DNA of 62,967 nt, counting the filler, from Octopus bimaculoides (taxonomy: Eukaryota), in NCBI RefSeq assembly GCF_001194135.2. It is 4 parts of 3 records of this genome, joined end to end, with 100 filler letters (N's around TTAATTAATTAA, not from the genome) between each part and the next. Parts side by side here need not be neighbours in the genome. Positions count along the whole stretch, not along the records: positions 1 to 20,277 come from NC_068986.1; positions 20,378 to 41,043 come from NC_068983.1; 2 more parts are not named here. One strand, written 5' to 3'. Shown here piece after piece: positions 14,315-27,545 of this stretch. The notes below the pieces were generated by a model, which saw only the letters and a list, made by a program, of their open reading frames with translations, did no database searches and had not been told where the DNA came from. Both the position numbers and the translations under genes were made by a program. Every line of letters begins with the position of its first letter. Within the stretch, counting starts at the first letter, position 1.

Positions 14315-15829
14315 TGAGACTACGTCTAAATGATGGACATTGCCTATTTATTTAAGTAAATTCTAATTTCAGTTGTTTTCGATAGTAATTATGGGTTCCT
14401 TCATTGATCTGTTTACTCGCTTGATCGATTGATTGATTGAGCAAGTTGAACGACCTTAAAGAACTAATTTTATCCTCATCGGAGCCATATTGTGTGTGTG
14501 TGTGTCTAATATATATATTTATATTTATATGTTTGTGTGCATGTATGTATATATATTTGTATGTATTAAAATATGAAGTAGAAGCTGTTCTTTTATAATA
14601 AACATTATCAGTCACATATGCTTAACGCATAAGAGAGCTGCATTTGCCGTAAGCTGCGAAATGGCGTTGCAGAGTATACTTCCTCAAAGCGCTGGCTTTC
14701 AAAACACCTGAAAATCATGGACAGGTGTGATTAGATGTGGGTACCTGTAATCTTACCTAGGACTGACGGACAACGATGTTTTGCTGTTTTGTGGATTGTC
14801 AATATCGTGCATTGCACAGGACCTGAGCCAACTATTTTCCACAGTCCATGATGTATATGCAAATGGCGTGAAAACTACGTGCAGGTATGTCTGCACGATG
14901 AATACGTATGTATAAATTCAAATATGAAGTAAAAACAGCCCTGGTGCAATAATAATCGGTGTCCATCACTCTTACATGCGATTAAGCATCGGATCTTCGA
15001 TGAGAAGTACTGGAGTTAAAAGAATGTGTAGCTGTGTATTACTTATTAATGCTGGGTATATCAACGAATTGTAATCCCATGAAAGATCAACTGTGCGCAA
15101 CGTCCTCACTCGTAGACTGATTCATCATGTGCAGTATGTGAAACGGCTTGCAAATCGATTTCTTGTTTGAGGTGACTTATGGCGATTCATATAGGTTCTA
15201 TCTCGTTAAGTGAACCGATTAATCCAACTGTCTTGTGTGACCTGTGTTTCGAAACATGTTGATCTGCAGTGGAAGTGGATACATATCTGAGAGATCATAC
15301 ACGGAATGTCAGAAGTGACATCGGCATCGAGGAACTCAGAGACATCTGTGAATGTGGAACAATCACCATGCATGTTTGTATGCATGTATGTATGTATATA
15401 TGTATGCATGCATACATATATATATATATATATGTGTATTTATATATGTATGTCGGTATGTATTTATGTTTCATGTATATACGCATTCATTTATATGTAT
15501 TTATGCATCTATGTATGCATATATATGTGAGTCGGTATGCGAATCATGATTGCCAAAGCTACAGCAGTGTAAAAACGGATGATATAAACCGCGAGCAAAT
15601 ATCGAAACACAATATTAGCAAAATCTAAAATAGACGCTTTTATGCGTATGCACCACATTGTGATTAAGAAACTTTCTCGAAATCTGGTTCCTTCCTCTTC
15701 TACCTCACATCTGATTATGATGGTCGAGACTGCATTTGGTTATAACATCATAAGTATTGCAAATATATTCGATAAGAAAAGAATCTTGATGTAGTCCGCT
15801 AGTATGACTTCATGTCTTTTTCTTAGCCA

Positions 15830-16480
15830 CACCTAATTTGTCAGCCGCTTTAAAAATCCCTCCGGTCCTTCATGTGCATATTTTTGGTCTGAAAATTCAC
15901 ATCCATTTCATATATGTTTATGAAGCACAAGTATCAGCGAACCATGACAACGGTCGGTCAGAAATCAAGCGTTTAACGGAGCTGTCGAAGAAAAATTTAA
16001 ATCCCGTCGACCTTTGGGTAGCGTCATAAGAGACATGCAACTACCCTTTCGGCTTTAATCTGGAAATATAAAGATAAAGAGACCAACTCCAACATTAGAT
16101 GGAAAATCCTCTCCAATACCGGACCCTATATCAACGGAGCAAAAGGATGTTCAATATGTTCTGTTGGGAAATTATATGTGTTAGACTCCAGATCCTCCAA
16201 AGTCAGCGTAAGTTCCGTGAATGAGATTTTCTCTTTATGTCTGCATTTTATGAAATACATCTTGATGGAATTTAAGAACATGGCTACTGGCACATCGTGA
16301 ACAATGAATGTCTTGTTTACCTTCTTTTTTTCTTCTTTTTTTGTTTTCGTTTATATATTGTAACGATGTTTATCTCCCCTGTGCTCTCCTTTCTGTAGTA
16401 TTCCTGATGAGCGTTTTTTGTTCAGACGTCATCTGCTTTCAAAGCGACTGACACACGATGTTGCATTCTGCTGGAAAATG
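15830..16480 (+). mobile_element. Degenerate Penelope-like element (GIY-YIG end plus pLTR remnant)
   Basis: VYEAQVSA..., IWKYKDKETNSNIRWKIL...YINGAKGCSIC..KLYVL...EIFSLCLH resembles the Penelope GIY-YIG C-terminus. cctgatgagc follows at about 16404. Confidence 0.65.
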
Positions 16481-16639
16481 AACAAAATTAATTAATATCT
16501 CGTGTAGGAGGTCCTGGGTAGCAGTATTTAACAAGATTTGGGGTTTCATTATAATAATATATCATCATTAGTCTATAAGCTGATCGAGTGCTATTTTACT
16601 TGTCGAGGCCTTACCACATCATTTATACATCTTTATATA

Positions 16640-16672
<33 letters not shown>

Positions 16673-17335
16673 GAGTGACTGTAATGACGTCATGTGTGTA
16701 TCAACTTCCTTATCTGGTTATCTAATTAAGTTTTATAAAATGATTTATGGTCTTCGCTCTTTGCGTATATATACCGAGAATTAGCGAGTGACACAAAGAG
16801 TAAGCGTCATCTATGTATGCGCGCGTATGTGTGCATGTGCGCGTGCCTGTATGTGTGTATGTGTGTGTGTGTGTGTGTGTTTGCCTACATGACTTATGCA
16901 GGTGTAAAGTTATACATTGTATTATCCGTTTATTTTTTTCATTTCTTCTTTCCACATTATTTATATATTATATATGTTAATTTACGACTGTGCAAATGTT
17001 TTATGCCGTCCTATTTTTCTTATTCTCCTCAACTGAGATTGTCGTTCGTGTTTTCAGAGCAAGCTTTGCTTTTATTTCGATTTGCTTTATGCTATTTATA
17101 TATCAATATTAGTAATATCATTATTATTATTATTATTAATTTTCCGTTTTTGTTTCTTTTTTTGCCTTCTATTTTCTGCTTAATTAAAACGTTGTCATTT
17201 GCTTTTATTTTCTTAAATATGCACGCAATGACGTCTCCACCAGCCATGCTGTATTTAAGAGAGAATTCGTTATTTTTATTCGCTGCATTCACCTCATTCC
17301 CTCCTCCTCGTTCAATTTCGTTCACCAGCTTTCTC

Positions 17336-17424
<89 letters not shown>

Positions 17425-17837
17425 NNNNNNNNNNNNNNNNNNNNNNNNNNNNNNNNNNNNNNNNNNNNNNNNNNNNNNNNNNNNNNNNNNNNNNNNNNNN
17501 NNNNNNNNNNNNNNNNNNNNNNNNNNNNNNNNNNNNNNNNNNNNNNNNNNNNNNNNNNNNNNNNNNNNNNNNNNNNNNNNNNNNNNNNNNNNNNNNNNNN
17601 NNNNNNNNNNNNNNNNNNNNNNNNNNNNNNNNNNNNNNNNNNNNNNNNNNNNNNNNNNNNNNNNNNNNNNNNNNNNNNNNNNNNNNNNNNNNNNNNNNNN
17701 NNNNNNNNNNNNNNNNNNNNNNNNNNNNNNNNNNNNNNNNNNNNNNNNNNNNNNNNNNNNNNNNNNNNNNNNNNNNNNNNNTATATATATACATATAGCT
17801 TATAACATAGATAGACAGACAAGCAGACAGACATACT

Positions 17838-17875
<38 letters not shown>

Positions 17876-18308
17876 CAGACAGCCAGCCAGACAGACATAC
17901 AGACAGACAGACTGATACATAGACAGATAGCTGCCTCTATTACTCACGCTTTTTCTCGTTCTTCCTTTCTCTTTCTCTCTATTTGCCAAGTAGTCCAGCG
18001 CCATCATTACGTCTAAAAACTATTCCTCTCATTTCAAATGTTTCCTTATCTCTTTTATTGTTGTCTCATTTTCTATTTCGTTCCTCTTCTTTTCCAAACT
18101 CTCCAGTCTCCTCACCCCACATCTCCTTATATTTGTCTGCATCTCTTCCAATCTAACTCTCCTCTTTTTCTCTCCCTCTCTCTCTCTCTCTCTGTCACTT
18201 TTCCCTCTAAATCTTCTTACCATCACTCACTTCGAATAGTGACATTTTTCTTTCTTTAATGAAATCTATCTCATCCTCCCTCCCTGCCTCTCCCTTTCTC
18301 TCTCCCCC

Positions 18309-18350
<42 letters not shown>

Positions 18351-18757
18351 TCCCTCTCTGTATCTATATTTTATCGATCTATATCTCACAGTTGTCTATA
18401 CATTCTCTTTCTTTTCCTTTCGTTCGCTTTCTCTTCCACCAAGTCCGACGTTTTGCCTCTTCTCCCTTTCTCCAGGAATTATTAGGAATTATTTTCCTTT
18501 TCATATCATTTCTGTCATAGTCTTTGACTTCTTCTTCAGTATATTCCGTCCGTTCTTTCAAGGCTTCCCCGTTCTTGTATTATATATGTATNNNNNNNNN
18601 NNNNNNNNNNNNNNNNNNNNNNNNNNNNNNNNNNNNNNNNNNNNNNNNNNNNNNNNNNNNNNNNNNNNNNNNNNNNNNNNNNNNNNNNNNNNNNNNNNNN
18701 NNNNNNNNNNNNNNNNNNNNNNNNNNNNNNNNNNNNNNNNNNNNNNNNNNNNNNNNN

Positions 18758-18828
<71 letters not shown>

Positions 18829-18850
18829 GTGCGTGTGTGTGTGTGTGAGT

Positions 18851-19040
18851 GCGTGTGTGCTTCTCCTCCAACATCGCTTGACAATCGATGTTGGTGTGTT
18901 TACGTCCCCCGTGGTTCGGCAACAGATCCCGATAGAATAAATAATAGCCTTACAAAGAATAAGTCCTGGGGTGGATTTGCTCGACTAAAGGCGGTGCTCC
19001 AGTACGGCCACAGTGAAATTTTGTGAAATAAATAAAAGAA
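18851..19040 (+). mobile_element. SINE family A, 3' half
   Basis: catcgcttgacaatcgatgttggtgtgtttacgtcccc...gtcctggggt..gctcgactaaaggcggtgctccag is the reverse complement of the 54925 copy. Confidence 0.8.
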
Positions 19041-19336
19041 TAAATATATACATAATACATATATACATATATATATATATATGTGTGTGTGTGTATGTAT
19101 GCATGTATGTATATATGTATGTATGTATGTATGTATGCATGCATGCATGTATGTATGTATGTATGTATGTATTTATGTATGTATGTATGTATGTATGTGT
19201 CCCTGTTTATTGCCATTTCTCTCTCTGACTCTTGCAAATGATTTACACGTAGTCTTTCTCTGAATCTGTCTCTCTTTTTTCAGCAATTTCTCATAATTTT
19301 GTTTTTCTTCAACAAATGTCACCCCATTCCCCCCTC

Positions 19337-19373
<37 letters not shown>

Positions 19374-19742
19374 AACTGCATAATCCTATCTATATCTCTC
19401 TATACGTGTATGATCTCTCTGCTTTTCCCCTCTTATTCACTCTCACTCTTGTCTATCTATCAAAAACCTGCATCTTTCATCATCTCTTTCGCACAATGAA
19501 TGTCTCTCGTTCCCCCTCAATCTGACTGTAATTCCTCAACCTCTCCCTTTTTTCTCTTCTCTCCGTATTTGTCTCCCAATGACTTTCTGTTAGTACATTC
19601 GAAAATGGACGCTTTCTGCGCATTTTTAGAATTCCAACAGGATAATTGCGTTTTCAATATTTGAAATAACATTTAAATTGATTTTTCTAATCTCAAGAGA
19701 GATGGCTTTGTCCGCACCCACAGCCAATCATCTGACAACAAC

Positions 19743-19775
<33 letters not shown>

Positions 19776-20040
19776 ATGACGAGGTTGGGGATAACAACAA
19801 CAACAGCGACAACGGCAATGATAATAATAATAATAGCATTTGTAATGTCAGTAATCATATTAATAATTAAGACAGTAAAAATGATGAAATGAATATTAAA
19901 TAAGTAAATAATTTCAAAAAATATTCCTCCAAAGCTAGTCATCGGCAATTCATCAACAGATTATACAACCGCGTTTTCGGTTTCCGCATAATGACAATGA
20001 GGCTGATGATGATAATGATAATGATGATGAGGACGAGGAG

Positions 20041-20096
20041 GAGAAGAGAAGGAGGAGAAGAGAAGGAGGAGAAGAGAAGGAGGAGAAGAGAAGGAG
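20041..20096. repeat. 14-bp purine minisatellite GAGAAGAGAAGGAG x4
   Basis: Direct reading. Confidence 0.9.
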
Positions 20097-20277
20097 GAGG
20101 GTATAAATTAATAATAATAATGGTACAAATAAGCCAATAAAATTCAATCAACTATTCTCGTTTGTGTAGATTTAAAAATATCTGAATGAATTGGCACAAA
20201 TATATGTACGTAGGTATGTATGTACGTATGCATGTATGTATGTATGTATATAAGTATCTATGTATGTATGTATGTAT

Positions 20278-20377
20278 NNNNNNNNNNNNNNNNNNNNNNN
20301 NNNNNNNNNNNNNNNNNNNNNTTAATTAATTAANNNNNNNNNNNNNNNNNNNNNNNNNNNNNNNNNNNNNNNNNNNN
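20278..20377. other. Artificial 100-bp scaffold linker N44-TTAATTAATTAA-N44 (also 41044-41143 and 54078-54177)
   Basis: Identical architecture three times; the 12-mer gives stops in all six frames. Confidence 0.95.
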
Positions 20378-20800
20378 ACGATAGATTGCGTGAGATAGAG
20401 AAAAAAATACATAAATAATCATGAATTCAAGACATAAATGTATAGTTAGAGAGAACGAAGTGGGGTGGTGGATGGGGAGCGCATCAGAAGGGATAATATA
20501 TGAAAAATAGGAATGACTTAGCTATTGTTCATGTCTTGGTGAGCTTCGTCGTGGGTTCTATTAGCTAATGGAGCTTCGTCGTGGGTTCTATTAGCATAGA
20601 GATTCTAGTACGAAATGGTGGTGGAGTTGGAAAGCGAGCTGGTTATATGTTTGGGATTCGCACGCGAGTCGAAGAGGAAATGGTGGAAGAAGTGGTGATT
20701 CAGAGAGAGAGAGAGAGAGAAAGAATACAATAGGGAGAGAGAGGGAGAACCGGCAGCAGTACATCATGCTGGTCAAGTTCGTTAGGTTTTTAGGAAAAAG
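20378..20800. promoter_or_regulatory. CpG-retaining, purine-rich promoter-like patch with a 25-bp direct repeat
   Basis: Many CpGs immediately before a long CpG-depleted domain. GAGCTTCGTCGTGGGTTCTATTAGC occurs at 20541-20565 and 20571-20595. Function is inferred only. Confidence 0.3.
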
Positions 20801-20924
20801 TTGAAAGGGTAGAGATGGACTATATGTAATCTGAACCTTCCCCCCCCTTATTTATTAATTTTTTTTATATATACATACATACATACATACATACACACAC
20901 ACATTTAAAAAGCAAGCTTTTTTT

Positions 20925-21068
20925 TCACTTTCTGTCTACTAGATCCATTCACAAGTCTTTGATCAGTCAATGAAGCACAATAGTAGAAGAGACTTGCTGA
21001 AGATGCAATACAGTGGGAGTAAACCCAAAACCAAGAGATGGGAAGTGAAATTCTTTACTATACAGCCT
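20925..21068 (-). mobile_element. SINE family A head, CpG-decayed
   Basis: ttctgtctactagatccattcacaagtctttg...gtagaagagacttgctgaagatgcaatacagtgggagtaaacc aligns with 9945-10040. Confidence 0.65.
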
Positions 21069-21675
21069 TGCCTGGTAGTTTGAAATAAAAAAAAATTGAA
21101 AACCCAGAAACAATTTTCTATTTTTTACAATAAACTTTTATGATATGAATTTTAGAAAGAAGTTAATCCAATTTGAAGCCTTGGGTCATTCTGGAACAAA
21201 GTAATGGGCTAACTTGCCTGGTTTCAAAGTAATTTTCTTCACTTGAGAGGAATCCAACAGGTAACTTCAATGAATTTAACAAACTTTACATTTGATCATA
21301 GCTGTTCACTTTATGACTAAATTGTATTATTGATTTTAATCTGATTGTAATGATATCAGTTTCCAGAGAAAACAATGGAGGTTCAATCTTAGCTAACAAA
21401 TTAGCTGTAACCTTTCTTATTTGTTTAATCAATAGACTACCAATATCTTACGAATCATCACTGCTTAGAAACTGATCTTTCTTCTTTAGCACCTGAAGTT
21501 TACATATGCCACAAAATTTGGGCCAACACCAATGAAGCACAATAGTAAAAATAATATGCTGGCTTCTCTGATGACAAGATAGTTCTATTTTGTAAAATGC
21601 ACAATTTAATAAATGCCATCTATCTACTATGGAAGCCAACAACATTGATATTTGTGGCACTATAACAAAATACTG

Positions 21676-22140
21676 GGATCTATTTTAAAATGGGGGCCAC
21701 AGTTTTCATTAATGTTTTACGTAGTGTTTTTGGTACCGAAAGACTTTCAAACTTCGTATACTTATCTATTTTGTGTTATAGAACAGAAAAATGTTAGGGT
21801 TAGGGTTAGGGTTAGCCTATAATAGAAAGGTTTATTAGCTACTGCCAATATACTTCAGCCATTTTTTGACAAGGAAATAATAATTTTATCACCGATAGAA
21901 TTGTTTCAGAATCGTTTGTTTATGTAGTCGGCACTTAATGTATATCGGCTGAATGGACGTCAGTGATTGGTTGAAATTACAGAAATACAACAACTTTAAC
22001 ATGGAATAACTTAGGGATTTCTTTTTTTTTTTAAGAAGACTAAGAGAAAAAGATGTTTTACATGACACATTCTACCAGTGTTCCAAGTTTCAAAGTGTTT
22101 CGTTAAGAAAATACTGTGGCCTCCGTTTTAAAAAAGATCC
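21676..22140. mobile_element. 465-bp MITE with about 38-bp TIRs and 8-bp TSD (Merlin- or hAT-like)
   Basis: Left GGATCTATTTTAAAATGGGGGCCACAG matches the reverse complement of right CTGTGGCCTCCGTTTTAAAAAAGATCC. Perfect TSD AAATACTG at 21668-21675 and 22141-22148. Internal (TTAGGG)3 at 21794-21811. Confidence 0.85.
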
Positions 22141-24750
22141 AAATACTGGGAGTGGTTCTGGATGACCTTTAACAGGAGATTCATAAGACCAAACTTGTAA
22201 ACTTACCGTTAAAACAAGTGAGGTAGAATTTCAGCACTTGTAGGAAGGAGATTAATAAATCTAGAGAGAACTATAATAGCTATAATGCATATCTATTATT
22301 GTTATTATATGCCATCTATTAAAAGGCAGGACATATTCATGCATATGGGGAGAACTGATTTATGTCTAAGCAGAGAATGGCTGGTGGTTTATTGCTGTAA
22401 ACTGGTAAACCTGTGGCTCACTAGGTATGAAATCCTCATTTACAACTTTGTCATATATCCAACAGTTAACTACCCTGTCATCAGTGTCTTTTTTAAAGCC
22501 TCGAAATTGGATGGTCTCATCAACAAGTTGTAGCTGAAGAAAAGGCAATAAAACTGACTTCTGTAATCCTTCCTCATAACTTTTATATTGGGGATGGTTG
22601 CACTTCTGAATAGGTTGTTATCCATTCTTGGATGCTGAAGAGCAGGTTTTAGATACATATTTTAACATTGTGAGTTCAAAAATCATCAGGATTAATTTGC
22701 CATACATTCTTTCTTGGTCAGTAAAGTAATTACCAAACAAATATTAGTGTGACAATGTGTTTTCCAAAATATGTGGTTGTGTTAGAAATCCATTTTTTAA
22801 AAAACTCCTATGTAACTTAACTAGTTTAATACTCCTTGGTTCTTAGGTACATTTACTGAAGCTCAGTTTCAAACTATTGTACCAGACAACTGATTTCCTC
22901 TTAACTCATGTTTTTGTGAGAAATATTGGTTTACAGATTTTTGGAGGAGACAGCAAAAGTCATGAAAACTACCTGGTCCTTTCTGAATAACTTATAATAA
23001 TAAAAAAAATAATAAAAAGGGGTGGGTGGGGGGTGCATGTATACATGAAGAGATTGATTTGAAATTGTGATCTGAACAAAATGTGAATTCTATATAAATT
23101 TTATACAAGACAGAATTTATATCTTGTCATTATATTCTGAAATTCTTTTTGAAATCATTTAATAGAATAAATGCTTGGCTAGTACAAGTGGCTTGCGGAC
23201 GTAAAATACAAGTCACATGGTACGTTACAGCAACAAAAAAATATATTTTACTGCATCATTTATTAATTTGTTCAAGTTCTGATGAAGATAACAGTGACCA
23301 CAACAACATGTACTGAAGGATACATGGTATTGGACTGATATTTTACAACTCTCTCTCTCTCTCTCTCACAAACACACACAAGTCTATGTATATACATAAG
23401 CATATACATATTAGTATGTAGATTATATATCACTGTTTTATATCAGTTTTACCATACAACCATAGGTTAGATATTTACTTGTACCAATGTATTTTTAAGA
23501 CAAAAATCAATCTTGATTGAATAGATAATGATTGACGCTTCAGCCATGATTCTTCTTTTTTATTTTTGCTAAGGCCAGAATATATCTAGAAATAAATTAT
23601 TTAAGGCAGTGGTTCTTAACTTGGTTGGCAGTGCTCTCTTGGTATGCTGTGAGTTACATAGAAGAAGCAAATACCAAAAGAGTACTATGGGGCAAGTAGA
23701 TGGTGGAGGGCACTGAACCTTTAGAGGTGTTGTGGTTTTTACTAAAATCTAGTACAATATTTATATTTTAAATACATTAAAAAATTTTTTGTCAGGCTTA
23801 GAGAATTAACAGGAAATTGTGTTATCTTTAAACAAAAATTTGTCTGATGATGTGCCTTAGACCAATATAATTTTAAAACTTCTTACCTTCTTTAGTAATT
23901 TCTATCAAAGTTTATCTTAGTGAATACTAATCCAATCAAATATCTAAATAGCAACATTTGTAAGACACCATTCAAATGGGGCAGGAGAATAGGCAGGCTA
24001 ATCAATTAGTGCAAAGCAACTGTCATGCACAACAGCAATTGAAACCAGACTTTTGTGATGGAGTACTATCAGGAAGTTCTGAGCTACAAGAGCATGAGAA
24101 CCAATGATTTAAGGTGTCCTTTCATATTTAAAACAAACAGTAAGGTATGATTTGAAAGATTCGGTTACTATTTCTAGTAGGTCAGACAACCAGTAAGAAG
24201 CTCCCTTGATCCAGATGTTTTTACAGTTGGATGATGCTCTTGCTACAACTAATCATTAATTTCTTACATAGGCAATAGAACCTTTTATTTTCATTCAGTC
24301 AGATGTATACATGTACACATCTATATATTTGTATAGGTAAATAAAAGAAATCATAGTAAACAATTTGTTTGTTTTAACAATGAGTATTCCAGATGTTCTG
24401 TCAACAGAGCTACTTGTTTATTGAAATTATATAGTGGAAGTTACTGAATATTCAACACACATTTGTACCATGCATGCAATCCTCAAGTAGAATGAGTGTG
24501 ACATGCTGTATAACAGTATAACGAGGATGGTTTTTAGAATTTCAGTTACAGTCCAACTAACAGGACTCCACACAATTTCAGTTCAATTTTTCTCATAAGG
24601 TTAGGGTCAGGTCATGAGTATGATAGAAGAAACTTGCCTAAGGTGCAATGCAGTGGTATTGAAACTAGGAACTTATGATTGCAAATTGAATCATTCAGCC
24701 ATCCACTCATGCACACACAGTAATACATTTATATAAGTACTCACATACAC

Positions 24751-24796
<46 letters not shown>

Positions 24797-25846
24797 CAAT
24801 CATGTATTTATACACACAAGCATACATACAAGTCTATATGAATAGATCTGTGTGTCATGCTAAAAATAAAATGCAAATCTCCCTCAACCACACACTACCA
24901 TCTTTAAAAAAAAAGAAAGAAAATGGTATACTGGATAATGTAGTCTTATATGCACTATTTCTGAAATAATAATGGGTTGGGGACAGCTGGAACACATTTG
25001 ATGATAGTTCTGCTGAATCAGAGCTGAGGCCAAACACCACCATCCAAAAACAAAAAACAACATAGGAGTTGTTATATTAGAAATAGAAGCCAAATTTTCT
25101 CAAAATCACACTGGATAGTGTAGTTTTGTAAATGCTATGTTTGGAAAAAAAGATGGGATAGTCATAGTTGAAACCTTTTTTAACATAAGTTTGCTTGTGT
25201 GTGTGTGTGTATGTGTGTGTGTGTGTGTGTTTAAACACAACAACAACAAATAAGCAGTAAGAAAGAATATTTCTTTATTTCCTCTCATCTTTGTATATTA
25301 TAGGTGAATCAGAGATTCAGGTAATATTTTCCCTCCCCAAAAAGAAACTATAAAATAATGTATAAGAATTATATCTACATACATTAATCGATGTGTACAG
25401 TATCATATATCCATTACAGCCAATCTTACCGATTGGTTTCATACTAGCAGTTTAACGGAGTATTTAGTAACAGTCTGATTATGTAACTTCACTCTTCAGA
25501 GGTAGCCATTATGGAATGAAATATGGTGACTGCTCTCTATTGTTGAAGATGAATAGACACATCAGGTTTGTAGTTGGTGTGAGTGTGTGTGTGTGATTCG
25601 GGTGATTTTCCAAAAGAACCAAAGAAACCAGGTTTCTAATGGTTCTTCCATTCCTGATACTGTATGTGGAGTGGTTGCAACACCTGACAAAATTATCACA
25701 TTCTTTTTACATTCTCTTTTTCTTTCCAGATAAGAAGCAGGATTTGTTCTCGGAGCATGGAGTGTTGGAACAAAAACTGCATTAAATCAATTTGATGCTC
25801 TCTCTCTCTATATATATATATGTGTGCGTGTGTGTGTATGTGTATG

Positions 25847-25901
<55 letters not shown>

Positions 25902-25989
25902 TTTTGTTATGCTTGTAAATTATACACACACATGTACATACACTTCTAGATCCATCTACAGAAATAGTACTTGGACACATGATCAATGT

Positions 25990-26165
25990 TTAATCATTCG
26001 ACTGTTGTTGGTGTTATGTTCCAGAAACCCCTGCGATAAGTGAAAATCCGCAAAGTAGAAAGAGTATTATTTTATTATAAATGCAAAACAACACCATGGA
26101 GGAATCGATGTAAGCTTAAATAATAAACTGCAATAGATGAACCACGATATGGTGAAGGATTACTG
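25990..26165. mobile_element. Tigger/pogo-like MITE, decayed
   Basis: Ends aaccacgatatggtgaaggattactg|TA; internal gcgataagtgaaaatccgcaaagtagaaa matches the 62743 element in reverse. Confidence 0.6.
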
Positions 26166-26559
26166 TATTTCAGGTCTTACAACACTCACTTTAAGGTGAC
26201 TTGACCTTAGCTTCCATGCCTCTAAGTGACATTCGTCTAACCCCACCAATCACCTCTTTTCAGTGAGAACCATCTAGATAGGGCTTCTCAGTAATCTCTA
26301 TGTTGTTCTTGATGACTCTTCTGTTCACTAATGTAATGCTCAGAGTTCCCAAGCCTTTTTCTCAGGAAATGACCTACAAACTTTCAACTTCCAGCCTTCT
26401 CACCTGGTTCTTGTGGAAGTCCTCCACCAACTCTTGGTACTTAGCTATTTCCCTCCATCCTCCCTTTGCTGAGTACTCTCAATTTTGGTCTCAACAAGGT
26501 CTGGGTGATGTGAATTTCATGTACGTAAATCATCACCATCAGCATTATCATAATGTCCT

Positions 26560-27545
26560 CTTTTTCCATGCCTGCATAGGTCAGATGTGCTTCAAAGAAG
26601 CAGTTCAAAACTAGTCATGCACAGCAGCCATCAAAACCATTGAATTGTGTGCTGGAGTATTGTACTGATGAAACAAAGCCCCTGAGTTTTCTTGAGGATT
26701 TCATAACTGCCTCAGTTATGATGAGGTGGCCCTTTTGAAGATAGTCAATAAACACAATGTCTTTTGCATTTCTAAAAACTGAGGCCATCATCTTCCCTGC
26801 ACATGAAACAACTTTGACCTTCTTTGGAATGGGTGGGCAGTGTTTCCACTGCATGGATTGCCTCTTTGTCTATGGCTCAAAGTGATGAACCCAACACTCA
26901 CCCTGGCTTAGGAAACCATTCAAGGAAACCAGCTGGATCTGCCTCAAACAATGTCAAATTTTCCAGTGATGCTTTTGATCAGGTGTCAGAAGACATAACA
27001 CTCACTGAGCAGAAACCTTTGTCATGCCAAGTTCATTGTGCAGAATATTCTCGACTCTCTCATAGGATGTGCTAATAGTACTGGCTATATGATTTGTAGT
27101 CAATTACCTGTCGGCTATTACTATGTGGTGAGCACAATCAATGTTTTCCTTAGTGGTGGTAGTTGCAGGATGTCTAGATCTTGGGTCATCTTCAAGACTT
27201 TCCCTTCCCCTTCCCCTTCTAAATTTAGCTGCCCATTTATGTATTGTTGATAAAACTAGAGTGTCATCTAATGTAGCAACTACATCAGCATGAATGTCCT
27301 TGGGAGATAAACTGTTTTTCAGCAGGTACCTGGTAACAGCACAATGCCAAATTTTGTTAACTTTCAAGAGAAGTTGCTACTAGTTATCTTTGAAGTCTTC
27401 TTTGAACAGTCAGATGTCATTTTATCTGGCAAGAAACAATGCAGTTATTAATAAGAAGAGTTGAAATTAATGCATGCAAGGTTTCACAGCCCTAGTATCA
27501 CTCCTTCATAGTCAGTCTATGTACTTTTCAGCCTACTCTTGTATA
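26560..27545 (-). mobile_element. Degenerate mariner transposon (DD34D type), one TIR visible
   Basis: HTH region KDIHADVVATL..WAAKFRRGR..SLEDDPRSRHP; WVHHFEP*TKRQSMQWKH; AGKMMASVFRNAKDIVFIDYLQKG; ALFHQYNTPAH. TIR-like gagtaggctgaaaagtacatagac near 27515-27545. Confidence 0.85.

Noticed and set aside
16685-16692. TGACGTCA CRE palindrome
   Set aside because: A single 8-mer is expected by chance in 63 kb and sits next to a microsatellite.
20541-20595. CRISPR-like repeat-spacer
   Set aside because: Only two units with a 5-nt spacer, in an animal genome with no cas genes.
20767-20790. MLVKF start resembling COPA (MLTKFETK)
   Set aside because: Similarity stops after five residues and the frame closes quickly.
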